DNA of 64,000 nucleotides from Bacteroidales bacterium (GCA_018400295.1 JAGYMZ010000012.1:1129-65128), one strand, 5' to 3'; shown: positions 39,297-50,604, numbered from the stretch's first letter. Notes: a model not told the origin generated them from the letters alone. Made by a program: numbers and translations.

Positions 39297-42200
39297 ATGC
39301 CAAGCCCCCGATGGCTTCCTATGGAAGAAAGGATTTTTTTTGCTTTGATTACGAGGTGCTTATGGTGTGACACAAACTGCTGCCGGAAAATGAAAATTGC
39401 AACGCGCACAGACTTATTTAATGATATTATCTTACTGGAAAAGAAGGGGAACAGAACATGGTTGCCCGCGAAAAGGCATGTTTTGAACCGCCTGCTTTTT
39501 GTGTTGATCCCTATGTATTTTATGCAGGTTTCGGCCCAGCAACGTGATTATTATGATCCGGATTTCCAGCGAAGCATCGGTTATCACGTGACGGAAGCCG
39601 ATGCAGCACAGTATAAAAACATTCCTGTGTTGAATCTTCCCGAAGATTACCGTAATAAGGACCTTCCGGTTTGGGTGGACAATTCCCTTCAACCCTACCT
39701 GAGGCCCGTTTTCAGTCAGGAGTCCTATCCCAATTGCATGCAGTCTACATCAATTGCCTATAATTATACTTATGAGATCAACCGGTCAAGAGGGATTCCT
39801 TCAGATGTACCTGAAAATCAATACACAACGCATTTTTCCTGGAATTTTTATAATGGAGGGGATGGCTGGTACGGTGTAAACTACCTGCACACGTTCAATG
39901 TGTTGGAAAAATGCGGTAACCCCACAGTGACTGATTACGGTGGGATGTATAACGGAGGCGGAAGCCGGTGGATGAGCGGATATGATGAATATTATGCGGC
40001 AATGAAAAACAGGATAACTGGCATTTATGCAATACCTGTCGATACGGAAGAAGGTATCCTGACCCTGAAGCACTGGCTAAATGATCACCTTGACGGATCG
40101 GACGTGGGTGGAGTAGCCAGTTTTATTGCGTGTAGCCCCTATTCTCTGCTTAAGCTCCCGGAAGCGACCCCGGAAGCCGGCAAATATGTCATAGCTTCAT
40201 GGTGCGACAGGGCGCTGCATGGCATGACCATCATCGGGTACAACGATTCCATCCGGTTTGATTACAATGGGGATGGAAAATATACCAATGACATGGATAT
40301 AAACGGGGATGGTGAGGTCAATGTTCGCGACTGGGAGATCGGCGGGTTTAAATTTGTAAATTCCTACGATACCACCTGGGCCGATAAAGGGTTTAGTTAT
40401 GTGATGTATAAAACATTTGCCGATCCGATACAGGAAAATGGCATTTGGGGGAATCAGGTTCACGTGATCAACGTTAAGCAAAATTATGATCCCACCATTG
40501 CCTGCAAGGTGAAGTTAAAACACGACTCCAGGGAAATGATAAAAATAACGGCCGGGGTCTCCGGTGATCCCGAATGCCCGTATCCCCGAAAAATCCTTGA
40601 ATTTCCCATTTTTGATTTCCAGGGAGGTGACAAGTATATGCAGGGAAGCGATACCATTGAAATGAACCGGATAATTGAATTTGGCCTGGATATCACTCCG
40701 CTGTTGAGTTTTGTTGAGACCGGAAAGGAATCCAGGTTTTTCCTCACAGTCACTGAAAGGGATGAACGGAATGAAGGCCATGGCGAGATCCTGTCTTTCT
40801 CATTAATGGATTACAGCGGTGTTTCGCCCGTTGAAATACCCTGTCCGCAAAACAATGTTCCATTGGCCAACAATTTTAAAACACATCTTGGCGTGGTCAC
40901 TTCCATCAATTTTGATAAACCGGAGATCCTGACCCATGCCTTGCCGGGATATCAGCCGGGAACGCAGTTTTCCCATACCCTTCAGGCACAGGGAGGGAAG
41001 GAACCATACAACTGGCATCTCAAAAAAAATTATAATGTCAGTATGGAACATGGTGCTTTTCCGGGATTTTCCGGAAGTCTGATTTCCACGAACAGCGGTG
41101 AGGATACGGTTCATAGCATTCCCCTGGACTTCAGCTTCCCCTATTTCGGGAAAGCATACGATACACTGCATGTGAGTGATGGGGGGTACATCTATTTTGA
41201 CGAAGGTGTACGTTTCTGGTCTTACATTTGGAAACAGCGGGATTTTTTGAAGGATATCAAAAGCATTTCACCCTTTCTGAGCAAGCAGCTGTGCCTGGAT
41301 CCCGGCAACGATGACGGACTTTGGTATAAACAGGAAAGCGACAATATCATGTTTTCCTGGGATGGCACAGCAAAGGATCAGCCCCTGGATTCTGACCTGC
41401 AGTTTGCTGTGCAGTTGTTTGATGACGGGACCGTGGTCTTTTACTACGGAAATATGATCTTTGAAGGGAATATTGAATGGGCCGGCGGCCTTTCTGATGG
41501 AGATGGGATTAATCATTCCATTCTGGATGCCTCTGATCCTGGCTTGCTTGCAAAGGGTTCGAAAATCAGGTTTATTCCGGGAAATTTTCCGGCAAATGCA
41601 GAAATAAACCGGCAGGGGGAATTGACCGCCTTCATCCCGGAAAATTCTGGAATATTTGATCTGGAAGTGGTGCTGACGGATGATCATAATATTTCCCATA
41701 GCAGACAATATCAGCTCTCGGATGGCCTGGCCATTGATTATATCATTCATTCCGGTGACGATACGATCATTGAACCCGGTGAAACTGTTTCCCTGGATGT
41801 GGTTGTAAAAAATGTTTCAGCCGGAACCGTACCAGATATTTCCTTGGAAATGTCAACTTCCGATCCTTTTATTTCAATCACCGATCCTTCCGAGGTAATT
41901 GGGAAACTGGACCCCGGAGACCATGTGACAAAAGTGAACGCAATTGAATTTCATGTTTCGGAAAGTGCGCCGGATACATATACTGCCCGCATTCTGAGCA
42001 TGCTGAATTCACCGGGAAATAGCTGGGAATCGAGTATGTTTGCTATGATCCACGCACCCGAACTGGGGATCCATGAATATTCTATTGTCGATGGCGACAA
42101 TCAGCGCCTGGATCCCGGTGAGTCGGCCACCATATCCATATCCATACAAAATACCGGCCATGCGGGAGCGGGGAATGTTACCGCAAGCCTTCATTCCATC

Positions 42201-43310
42201 GATCCTTATGTTGGCATTACAGGTAACAGCATACAGGAAATCGGTTCTGTTCCTGTTGGCGATACCCCATCGGCGGATTACGATATAGAAGCAAGCTTTA
42301 ATGCGCCCCATGGACATATTCCGGGGTTGGTCCTGGAGATCCGTGAAGATGGCTTGCCGGTGTGCAGAGATACGATAGAGCTGATGATCGGGAAAATGCC
42401 GGCCCTGGTCATTGACCTGGACCCACAAAACCATTCCGGACCGGTCATATTTAATACGATTCGGGATATGAACATTCCATGCCGGTATACCCGGGCCTTC
42501 CCCGTGGAAGATCTGAACAAATACCAGTCTGTTTTTCTGAGTCTCGGCATTCATTTTTCCAACCACATCCTTACACATGATCAGGGAAACCTCCTTGCAG
42601 GGTTTCTCTCGGACGGCGGAAGGTTATACATGGAAGGCCGCACCACCTGGGGGGATGATCCCCAGACTTCCGTTCATGATATGTTCAATATGGATGCGAT
42701 CTCCATGCCAACGATGTACGGGGTACTGCTTGGCCAGGACAGTACCTTCACACAGGGAATGGCCTTTGAAAATTCCGCCACACCTCCATTTGCATACTAT
42801 TATCTGGAACCTGTTGCGCCTGCATATGCCATTTTTAAAAATGCCACCGACAGCCTGGCCTGTGTGATCGCCCAGAATGCAGGAACGTATAAGACCATCG
42901 GTTCCATTACGGAATTTGGCGCATTGATCGGGAACGACTCTTCCACATATACCGGACTTATGTCGGAAATGCTGGACTTTTTTGATATTGTTCTTACCGT
43001 GGCGGGTATGGAGGAGCATGAGGCAAAACCGTTTCTTTCGGATGTTGTTTGTTTTCCCAATCCTTTCCGGGAACAGACAGAAATACGTTTTACGCTGGCC
43101 TCACCATCGGAAGTTGGCATTCAGGTTTTTAACCTTCAGGGACAGCTTATGGACCGGATTTTGAGATCCAGACGCATGCACGGTGGATCGCATACCGTTG
43201 CGTGGAATATTTCAGCTGGCGTGAACAAGAATATGCCGGAAGGAATTTACATATATAGAATATTCGCAGGAGATCAGGTGTTTACGGGTAAAATGGTGCT
43301 GTTGCGATAA
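39297..43310 (+). CDS. T9SS-secreted papain-like (C1) cysteine peptidase, multidomain; true start probably downstream of 39297
   Basis: LPVWVDNS, Q....NC, LHGMTIIGY, VNSY...WADKG; signal peptide ending VSAQ; FPNPF...GIYIYRI CTD. Confidence 0.8.
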   Translation: MPSPRWLPMEERIFFALITRCLWCDTNCCRKMKIATRTDLFNDIILLEKKGNRTWLPAKRHVLNRLLFVLIPMYFMQVSAQQRDYYDPDFQRSIGYHVTEADAAQYKNIPVLNLPEDYRNKDLPVWVDNSLQPYLRPVFSQESYPNCMQSTSIAYNYTYEINRSRGIPSDVPENQYTTHFSWNFYNGGDGWYGVNYLHTFNVLEKCGNPTVTDYGGMYNGGGSRWMSGYDEYYAAMKNRITGIYAIPVDTEEGILTLKHWLNDHLDGSDVGGVASFIACSPYSLLKLPEATPEAGKYVIASWCDRALHGMTIIGYNDSIRFDYNGDGKYTNDMDINGDGEVNVRDWEIGGFKFVNSYDTTWADKGFSYVMYKTFADPIQENGIWGNQVHVINVKQNYDPTIACKVKLKHDSREMIKITAGVSGDPECPYPRKILEFPIFDFQGGDKYMQGSDTIEMNRIIEFGLDITPLLSFVETGKESRFFLTVTERDERNEGHGEILSFSLMDYSGVSPVEIPCPQNNVPLANNFKTHLGVVTSINFDKPEILTHALPGYQPGTQFSHTLQAQGGKEPYNWHLKKNYNVSMEHGAFPGFSGSLISTNSGEDTVHSIPLDFSFPYFGKAYDTLHVSDGGYIYFDEGVRFWSYIWKQRDFLKDIKSISPFLSKQLCLDPGNDDGLWYKQESDNIMFSWDGTAKDQPLDSDLQFAVQLFDDGTVVFYYGNMIFEGNIEWAGGLSDGDGINHSILDASDPGLLAKGSKIRFIPGNFPANAEINRQGELTAFIPENSGIFDLEVVLTDDHNISHSRQYQLSDGLAIDYIIHSGDDTIIEPGETVSLDVVVKNVSAGTVPDISLEMSTSDPFISITDPSEVIGKLDPGDHVTKVNAIEFHVSESAPDTYTARILSMLNSPGNSWESSMFAMIHAPELGIHEYSIVDGDNQRLDPGESATISISIQNTGHAGAGNVTASLHSIDPYVGITGNSIQEIGSVPVGDTPSADYDIEASFNAPHGHIPGLVLEIREDGLPVCRDTIELMIGKMPALVIDLDPQNHSGPVIFNTIRDMNIPCRYTRAFPVEDLNKYQSVFLSLGIHFSNHILTHDQGNLLAGFLSDGGRLYMEGRTTWGDDPQTSVHDMFNMDAISMPTMYGVLLGQDSTFTQGMAFENSATPPFAYYYLEPVAPAYAIFKNATDSLACVIAQNAGTYKTIGSITEFGALIGNDSSTYTGLMSEMLDFFDIVLTVAGMEEHEAKPFLSDVVCFPNPFREQTEIRFTLASPSEVGIQVFNLQGQLMDRILRSRRMHGGSHTVAWNISAGVNKNMPEGIYIYRIFAGDQVFTGKMVLLR

Positions 43311-43421
43311 AGACGGGATCTCCCCCCCGGACGGAAACAGACGGGCAGGCATGATGAATTCCGGCACTGCTGAATAAGCAAGGATTTTTAATAAACTGGC
43401 ATATATATAAAAAAGCGACCC

Positions 43422-45395
43422 ATGAATTGCAGAAAACTTTTTATGATGTTCCTGGCGATCGGAATGTCTGCATCTTTTCTTTTTGCGCAGGAAAAGAAAT
43501 ACGTTCCGGGGGAACTCATCGTTCAATTTGATCATTCCAACCCGCAACAAGTTTTAATGGACAAGCTTGTCAGGGATTTTTCAGACATACAGCTGCAACC
43601 TGTGAAAATACTATCAAAAAGGCTGAATATCTGGCTTGTTTCTTATCAGGAAGGATCACGCAAGGATACACGCATACTTGCCGCTGTGAGAAATTCCACG
43701 GGTATATCCAATGCCCAGTTCAATCATTATGTGTCCTTACGGGAGACAATACCGGATGATGATTATTTTGAAGACCAATGGGCGTTATATAATACCGGAC
43801 AATCCGGAGGTGTTGAGGATGCGGATATTGATGCGACCGATGCATGGGACATCACTACCGGGGGATTAACCGTAAATGGTGATACCATTGTTATAGCCAT
43901 CATCGATGACGGTTTTTATCTTGCGCATGAGGATGTCCGTTTCTGGAAAAACCGGAATGAGATCCCGGGCAATGGCATCGATGATGATAATAATGGATAC
44001 ATTGATGATTATGATGGCTGGAATGCATACACTTCCTCTGGGAATATTTATGCTCAGGATCACGGGACACATGTAAGCGGGATTGCCGGTGCCATTGGCA
44101 ATAATGGCCTGGGTGTTTCAGGGGTTGGCTGGGGTGCACAAATATTGCCTGTGCAGGGGTCCTCACAGGTGGAGTCGACGGTGGTAGAGGCCTATGGATA
44201 CGTTTATGAGCTTCGCGCAACGTATAACGAGACTGCCGGAGCGCAGGGGGCCTTTGTTGTTGCTACCAATGCTTCTTTTGGCGTTAATCAGGGTCAGCCA
44301 GAAAATTTTCCCGTTTGGGGGTCGATGTATGATTCCCTGGGCACTATCGGAGTGATCAGTGCGGGTGCAACGGCCAATGCTTCATGGGACATTGATGAGG
44401 TGGGGGATATTCCAACCGCCTTCCCCAGTGATTTTCTGATCAGTGTTACCAATACTACTAGGAAAGATGAAAAGAATGCCAGTGCGGGCTACGGAGAAGT
44501 CACCATTGACCTTGGTGCCCCTGGAACAACGGTGATGTCTACCAGAAACGGAAATGCCTATGGCATGAAGTCGGGGACCTCCATGGCAAGTCCCCATGTA
44601 GCCGGTGCTGTCGGCCTCTTGTTTGCTTCAGCACGGGCGGGGTTTTTGGCAGCATATCATGAGGACTATGCAACGCTGGGCGTGATCCTGAAGGAATACA
44701 TCCTGGAAGGCGTGGATACCCTCTCTGATCTTCAGGGTAAAACTGTCTCCGGAGGCAGGTTGAATGTGTTTCATTCAATGCAGTTTATGATCAATGATGC
44801 CTTTTTTCTCAGTGAAGATACTCTTGGAATGACCTTGAATCCGGATTCCTCGGATAGTTCCTTTTTTATTGTTGCCAATACCAATCCGGTCAACCTGGCG
44901 TATGAGTTGATCATACCGGAAAACCCCATGTGGCTGAGTACCGGTATACAGCAGGATACCCTGATTTCTATGGGCACTGATACGGTATGGGTTCGTTTTG
45001 ATGCCACTGGCCTGGGGGTGGGAAATTATTCCGCTGATATCTTGGTTTCCAATATCCTGGGCGAGGAGCATATCCTTGTATGCAGATTACGCGTGGTTCC
45101 GTTGGCACTTACACCCGAAGGTCACGGAGTGGAAAAGATGCATTTATCTGTGTATCCGAATCCGTTTTCCGGCATCCTTCATGTTGAAGCGGCTTCCCAT
45201 GCCGGGAACCAGGTAAGGGTGGATCTGCTGGATATTCAGGGAAGGCACCTCACAAAAATTTCAGTAAACCCAACCCTCAGCACTGATCATAGTATTTCCT
45301 GGCAGGTTCCGGAATGGCTTGTTCCCGGCATTTACTTTGTTTCCGTTTCGGGCAACGGGAAGGCTGCATACCGCAAGGTGGTGCATGTTCCCTGA
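43422..45395 (+). CDS. T9SS-secreted S8 (subtilisin-like) serine peptidase
   Basis: Triad IIDDG, HGTHVSG, GTSMASPHVAG; YVPGELIV prodomain; YPNPF...GIYFV CTD. Confidence 0.92.
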   Translation: MNCRKLFMMFLAIGMSASFLFAQEKKYVPGELIVQFDHSNPQQVLMDKLVRDFSDIQLQPVKILSKRLNIWLVSYQEGSRKDTRILAAVRNSTGISNAQFNHYVSLRETIPDDDYFEDQWALYNTGQSGGVEDADIDATDAWDITTGGLTVNGDTIVIAIIDDGFYLAHEDVRFWKNRNEIPGNGIDDDNNGYIDDYDGWNAYTSSGNIYAQDHGTHVSGIAGAIGNNGLGVSGVGWGAQILPVQGSSQVESTVVEAYGYVYELRATYNETAGAQGAFVVATNASFGVNQGQPENFPVWGSMYDSLGTIGVISAGATANASWDIDEVGDIPTAFPSDFLISVTNTTRKDEKNASAGYGEVTIDLGAPGTTVMSTRNGNAYGMKSGTSMASPHVAGAVGLLFASARAGFLAAYHEDYATLGVILKEYILEGVDTLSDLQGKTVSGGRLNVFHSMQFMINDAFFLSEDTLGMTLNPDSSDSSFFIVANTNPVNLAYELIIPENPMWLSTGIQQDTLISMGTDTVWVRFDATGLGVGNYSADILVSNILGEEHILVCRLRVVPLALTPEGHGVEKMHLSVYPNPFSGILHVEAASHAGNQVRVDLLDIQGRHLTKISVNPTLSTDHSISWQVPEWLVPGIYFVSVSGNGKAAYRKVVHVP

Positions 45396-46625
45396 TCATC
45401 GTTGCATAAGCCAGGGTGTTGGATTTTGAATGGATTTGGATTTCCAGAGTTCAAAGTGTAATTCGGTTTTTCCTTCAGTTTCGCTGGTGAATATGCTGCC
45501 GATCTCTTGCAATGTGTGCACCTGTTGATCCTTACGGACAAAAACCTCATCCAGGTTGGAATATACGGTCAGATAATTTCCGTGACGTATGATCACCACA
45601 TTATTATTGTTCGGGACCGCGATCACACGGGTTACAACCCCATCAAAAACAGCCCTGGCATTCGAACCTTTGGCAGTCAGGATGTTGATGCCGTTATTGT
45701 TTACTTTCACTCTTTTCAATACAGGATGGGCTTGCTGTCCATATGTTCCGGATATCACACCCTGGTCGGAAGGCCATGGCAATTTACCCATGTTTTGCTC
45801 GAAGTTTTCTGAGAGCTGGAGCTCAGTTGGCGTAAGGGACATGTCCTCCTTCTTTTTCATGTTTGCTTCCCTTTTTGCTTTTTCCTCTGCCAACCGGATT
45901 TCTTCCGCAATGATGTCTTCTATGGCTTTTTGAAGCCTGGAAGCGGCTTTTTCCTTTTCTTGGAGCGCTTGCTTAAGTTTTTTCTCCTTGCGCGTCAGGG
46001 AGCTGTATATCCGGTTTTGATCGATCCTCTGCAATTCCAGACTGGCAATTTCATTTTTTTGTTCTTCGATCAGGGATTCCTTTTCTTTTCTTCGCCCCTC
46101 CATCTTCAAGATCTTGATATCCAGCTCCTTGCTGGTTTTTGCGATGAGCCTGGCCTGATTTTTCCGGTAGGCGCTGTATTGCTGAAAATACTTGATCCTT
46201 CGGTAAGCCTGGTTAATATCTTCGGCGGAAAAAATAAACATCAAACGGTCGTATATATTTCTGTTTTTGTATGCGTAGTAGATCATGCTGGCATATTCTT
46301 CCTTTAACTTTTTTAAGTCTTTTTTCAATGCAGAGATGCTGTCGTTGATTATGATTAACTGACGATCAATAAAACCGATCTCGTCCTCAATGGCACCTAT
46401 AAGTTCTTCCCGTTTGTTGATTTGACGTTTCAGGATGACAAGCTCATTAATGGAACTTTCTTTGGATTGCCTGGTTTGGGACAGCAGATTGTTGGTATAC
46501 TGGATCTCTTTTTCGATCTTCTTTTTGTTTTCTTCCAGTTCAGAACGGCTTTTTTCCTGAGCTGGCAATACAGCAAATAAAAGGAGAAGGAAGGAAAGAA
46601 GAAGGAAACACCGGGCATATTTCAT
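45396..46625 (-). CDS. Murein hydrolase activator EnvC-like (coiled coil plus degenerate M23 domain)
   Basis: Long coiled coil; GKLPWP, NNGINI, IIRHG, LHFELW; start at 46625 or 46640. Confidence 0.87.
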   Translation of the reverse strand: MKYARCFLLLSFLLLLFAVLPAQEKSRSELEENKKKIEKEIQYTNNLLSQTRQSKESSINELVILKRQINKREELIGAIEDEIGFIDRQLIIINDSISALKKDLKKLKEEYASMIYYAYKNRNIYDRLMFIFSAEDINQAYRRIKYFQQYSAYRKNQARLIAKTSKELDIKILKMEGRRKEKESLIEEQKNEIASLELQRIDQNRIYSSLTRKEKKLKQALQEKEKAASRLQKAIEDIIAEEIRLAEEKAKREANMKKKEDMSLTPTELQLSENFEQNMGKLPWPSDQGVISGTYGQQAHPVLKRVKVNNNGINILTAKGSNARAVFDGVVTRVIAVPNNNNVVIIRHGNYLTVYSNLDEVFVRKDQQVHTLQEIGSIFTSETEGKTELHFELWKSKSIQNPTPWLMQR

Positions 46626-46649
46626 TGGTGGCAGTGGCATGGTACGAAA

Positions 46650-47504
46650 CTAATAAATTCTTTCATATTTGCCGGGAATATTAAAAGGGAAGCGTAGTTT
46701 CTTATTCAGGTTTATTCTGGAATAATCGACGAACATTTCAATATTCTTTTCAGCGGACAGGTCAAATTTAATTTTGGTGGCAAAAAGCTGCTTGTCGATA
46801 TTTCGAAAGTCTGAATAGTACGCATTCAATTTCTTGTTTTCCTTTTTCAACTCTTTGATCATAAGCCGGGATATCTTAAAAATTTCCGGCTTAAGCCATA
46901 TGGTTTGAAGGAAGATCTTCGGGTATGTTTCTGCTTCTTTGATGTATTTTTTTAATTTATTTCTCCCGGTGGTTGAAAGCCGGTATTCATTGCCGTCGAT
47001 GGAAGCACGGAATGTGGTTTTTTCATAAAACTGAAAGTCATTTCCGATGATGAGGGATTGGAGCATGTCGAAATCGATATTGGTTTCCAGAAAACTGTTG
47101 ACGAGGTCATAGTCTCCCAGGAAATAGCTTTTATCCACCCGGTTCAAAAACATAACGGAATCATTGGTGATGATCAACCTCGCCATTTCAATGCCCAGGG
47201 CCGGACTAAAAGATATCCAAATGATGCTGTCTTTTTCTATCCTTATCTGGCCTTTGAATTCGGTTTTTTTCTTATCATAAATATAGTCGATGTTGAACTT
47301 GGCTGAAAACCAGTCGAACTTTAGTTCCCGCTGCGATAATTGCTCAAACAAATACTCCGGACCTTCATTCCGGATGGGCTTCTTCATCACGCTTCGGGAG
47401 GTTTTACATGAGGCGAGAATGCCTGCCAGCAAGAGGACTAAAAAGATTTTGCAGTATAGGGTCTGGTGCTGTATTATGCTTTCGAACACGTGTTGTCTAT
47501 TCAT
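46650..47504 (-). CDS. DUF4292 family lipoprotein
   Basis: Lipobox ILASC; IRIEKDSIIWIS, GIEMAR, FPFNIP; position between TPR and M23 genes. Confidence 0.82.
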   Translation of the reverse strand: MNRQHVFESIIQHQTLYCKIFLVLLLAGILASCKTSRSVMKKPIRNEGPEYLFEQLSQRELKFDWFSAKFNIDYIYDKKKTEFKGQIRIEKDSIIWISFSPALGIEMARLIITNDSVMFLNRVDKSYFLGDYDLVNSFLETNIDFDMLQSLIIGNDFQFYEKTTFRASIDGNEYRLSTTGRNKLKKYIKEAETYPKIFLQTIWLKPEIFKISRLMIKELKKENKKLNAYYSDFRNIDKQLFATKIKFDLSAEKNIEMFVDYSRINLNKKLRFPFNIPGKYERIY

Positions 47505-49353
47505 ATAGTTTCTTATCTCTTACTTTCTTCTTTAGCAGTTCTGATCCTCCTTCTCCGGCTTCGAGCGCTTGTTCCCATGTATTGATCGCTGCCTCCTTTT
47601 TCCCCAATTGAAAAAGGACATCACCCAGGTGCTCAAGTACTTCTGCATTGGTATCCGTATGGTTCTGAATGGATTTTTCAATCCATTTCCTGGCTTCTTC
47701 ATAGTTTCCCAGCTTGTAAAGTACCCATCCGTATGTATCCTGATTGGAAGCGTTTTCGGGATCCAGCTCAATCGCTTTTTTGGCCATCTCCAGGGCTTTT
47801 TGAAGGTCCTTGTTTTCCAGGGATAAATAATAAGCATAGTTGTTAAGGACGATGGAATTCTGAGGATCTATGGCAAGTGATTTATCATAGTTTTCGTATG
47901 CTTTTTCATCTTGGTTTGTTTCATGGTAGGCATCCCCGAGGTAGGAATGGAATTGTGATTTTAGAAGATCGTTATCGATGATGAAGCGCAAGCCATTTTC
48001 CAGGTCTTCAATAGCTTGCTGGTAATCTTCTGACTGAAAACTCGCAATGGCCGAAAACATATATGGCAGGGGCTGTTGCGGAAACAAGACCTTGACTTTG
48101 TCGCTTTCCTGTTTCATTGATGTGTAATCTTCCAGTTCCGCTTCCGTAAACAATAATTGCTCCCATATCATATACCGGCTTTTGTCCAGTTCTAAAACTT
48201 TCCTGAGGGATTTTCTGGCTGCTTCATATTGCTTGTCCTGATAAAGAAGGTCTGCATATATAGAATGGGCTTTGGGATTTTCCGGATGTGCCTCTATTAA
48301 AACTTCGGAAAGTTGAAAGGCCTGTTCTTTTTTGTCGTCGTAAAATTCATTCACGGTAAAAAAAGAAAGAAGGATATTGACCTTGGTGTCAATATCCAGC
48401 ATTGGATTGGCGAATCCCCGGACCAAATGTTCGTAGTATTTGCTTGTATCTGATTTTTTCCGGTAGTAATCGGAAAGGGAAATATGTATGTAAGGATCAT
48501 CGGGGTCAATTTCAAGTACTTTTTCGTATTCCTGCAGGGCTTTCTTATGCTGGTTATTTTTCAGGTAAAGCTCGGCCAGCATGGAATGATATTTCGCTTC
48601 TTCCGGATCGGTATTTCGCAGTTTTTCGATTTCCCGGATGGCCCCCTCTAAATCGTTTTGCAGAAGGTATATTTTGTGTTTTTGTACGGACAGCTCTTCG
48701 CTTACGCCAAATCTTTTTTCCAGTTTATTGTACACGTCAATGGCCTTGTCGTAATCCCTGTTAAAAATGCTGGTTACTGCAAGGTCGTTATGATATTCAA
48801 TTTTTTCGGGATACTGTTCCGTGATCTTCTCCAGTACCGCAACCGCCTTGTCAAGTTGGTCGGTTTTTTTATAAAGTCCGGCCAGCCGGTTCATGTACCA
48901 CAGGTTGTTTTCATCGTTCCGGACGGATTTTTCGGCATATTCAACCGCCTTTTCATACGCATTTTTTTTGGCGTATATCCCTGCAAGTTCATACATGCTT
49001 GCTGCATCATTCGGGTTTTCTTCCAGGGACTTCAAAAACAGCGTTTCTGCTTTGTCCGTGTTGCCGAGGATCATTTGTTTTTTAGCCTCTATGAAATTAT
49101 CAGCGTTGTTTTTTTGTTTTTTATTGCCTTTTGTCCCTGAGTGCGTGATCACATTTTCGTTCCCCGCTTTGTTTGTCGTTTTACAGCCGGCAAGAAGGAG
49201 CAGAAGTGCCGAAAAAATGACAAGAATATTCTTGATCCCCGGAAACCACAATGCTTTGAAAGGAGCTTCAGATCCCTTCCTGGCATGGTGATGTTTGCAT
49301 GCGGTAGCGCATGGCTTATGTATTTGGGTGTTTGGGTGCATGGTTTGTATCAT
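47497..49353 (-). CDS. Tetratricopeptide repeat lipoprotein
   Basis: Lipobox LLAGC; multiple TPRs; LNNYAYYLS, DTYGWV, EHLGDV. Confidence 0.88.
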   Translation of the reverse strand: MIQTMHPNTQIHKPCATACKHHHARKGSEAPFKALWFPGIKNILVIFSALLLLLAGCKTTNKAGNENVITHSGTKGNKKQKNNADNFIEAKKQMILGNTDKAETLFLKSLEENPNDAASMYELAGIYAKKNAYEKAVEYAEKSVRNDENNLWYMNRLAGLYKKTDQLDKAVAVLEKITEQYPEKIEYHNDLAVTSIFNRDYDKAIDVYNKLEKRFGVSEELSVQKHKIYLLQNDLEGAIREIEKLRNTDPEEAKYHSMLAELYLKNNQHKKALQEYEKVLEIDPDDPYIHISLSDYYRKKSDTSKYYEHLVRGFANPMLDIDTKVNILLSFFTVNEFYDDKKEQAFQLSEVLIEAHPENPKAHSIYADLLYQDKQYEAARKSLRKVLELDKSRYMIWEQLLFTEAELEDYTSMKQESDKVKVLFPQQPLPYMFSAIASFQSEDYQQAIEDLENGLRFIIDNDLLKSQFHSYLGDAYHETNQDEKAYENYDKSLAIDPQNSIVLNNYAYYLSLENKDLQKALEMAKKAIELDPENASNQDTYGWVLYKLGNYEEARKWIEKSIQNHTDTNAEVLEHLGDVLFQLGKKEAAINTWEQALEAGEGGSELLKKKVRDKKLYE

Positions 49354-50351
49354 TGTGAAATAGTATAATCGCCGATACTCAGGTCTTCTTCGCGACCTTT
49401 CATCTCAACGTAATTTCCGACCATGGAATTGTCTATGATCCGGTTGATTATGGAAGTATGGTCCTGTATGATAGAATTGCTGACAATACTTTTGGTGATC
49501 CGGGTATTCATGCCAATGGATGCATAGGGCCCTACAACCGCATTGATGATCCGGGATCCCTCTCCTACATAGCTGGGTTTCAGAATGACAGAATCCCTGA
49601 TGTCGGCCGAGGGGGAAATCAGGTTCTTGTCTTTATGATGCAGCAAAATCCGTTGATTGGTATGCACCGTGGCATCCTTATTCCCGCAATCCAGCCATTC
49701 ATCCACGGTGTCTGTATGAAATGCGCTGCCCTTTTGCATCATATTTTGAAGTGCATCCGTTATGCCAAATTCACCGGCGGTGCGAATGCCTTCATCGATG
49801 AGATGCTGAAGCTCTTTTTTCAAATAATCTCCATCGTTAAAATAGTAAATTCCAATGATGGCCAGATCGGAAACGTGTTCTTCTGGTTTTTCAGCAAAAC
49901 CTGAGATCCTGCCCCCGTTGTCCAGCATAACTACGCCAAACGAAGACGGGTCATCCACTTTTTTTACCCAGATGACCCCTGCTTTCTTTGTGTCCAGGGT
50001 GAAATTCGCTTTAAAGAGGGTGTCTGCGTATGCAACGATCACTTTTCCTTTCAGGGATTCCTGTGCACACAGAATTGCATGGGCCGTTCCCAGCGGGTCA
50101 GGCTGATGGCTGATCCTGCCTTTGGCCCCAATGCTGGCGGCAATATCCAGGAGCTTTTTTTCAACGTCCCTTCCAAATTCACCGATCACGAAATTAATTT
50201 CATCTATGTTTTCACTCAATACATTGCTGATCTCTTCTACAAGTCGTTGAACGATCGTTTTTCCTGCAATGGGTAAAAGAGGCTTGGGTGTGGTCAGGGT
50301 ATGGGGCCTCATTCTTTTACCCTTTCCTGCCATGGGAATTATTATATTCAT
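49350..50351 (-). CDS. Sugar-phosphate nucleotidyltransferase
   Basis: IIPMAGKGKRMRPHT..TPKPL, LGTAHA, EKP, WLDCG; C-terminal hexapeptide-like repeats. Confidence 0.9.
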   Translation of the reverse strand: MNIIIPMAGKGKRMRPHTLTTPKPLLPIAGKTIVQRLVEEISNVLSENIDEINFVIGEFGRDVEKKLLDIAASIGAKGRISHQPDPLGTAHAILCAQESLKGKVIVAYADTLFKANFTLDTKKAGVIWVKKVDDPSSFGVVMLDNGGRISGFAEKPEEHVSDLAIIGIYYFNDGDYLKKELQHLIDEGIRTAGEFGITDALQNMMQKGSAFHTDTVDEWLDCGNKDATVHTNQRILLHHKDKNLISPSADIRDSVILKPSYVGEGSRIINAVVGPYASIGMNTRITKSIVSNSIIQDHTSIINRIIDNSMVGNYVEMKGREEDLSIGDYTISQ

Positions 50352-50552
50352 TGTGGCTGATATTTTATCCTTATTTAAGGGGGTATCAAAAATAGTAATA
50401 ATATGAGAACAATACTGTTAAGATACGTTAAACCCCTGCATTGAACGGGGAGAAAATTCGGAAAGTATGCTGACAGGGATATTGCCGGACATGGGCCATC
50501 AGCCTGCGTTGGGTGATCGTTTGGTATTGATCATACATAAGCCCGGAAACAT

Positions 50553-50589
50553 AAAAAAAGCGGGGTTGTCCCAGCCCCGCTTTTTTTTT
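50553..50589. terminator. Bidirectional intrinsic terminator after the MORN-repeat gene
   Basis: A7-GCGGGGTTG-TCC-CAGCCCCGC-T9. Confidence 0.85.
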
Positions 50590-50604
50590 ATGGGTAATTA
50601 TCTT

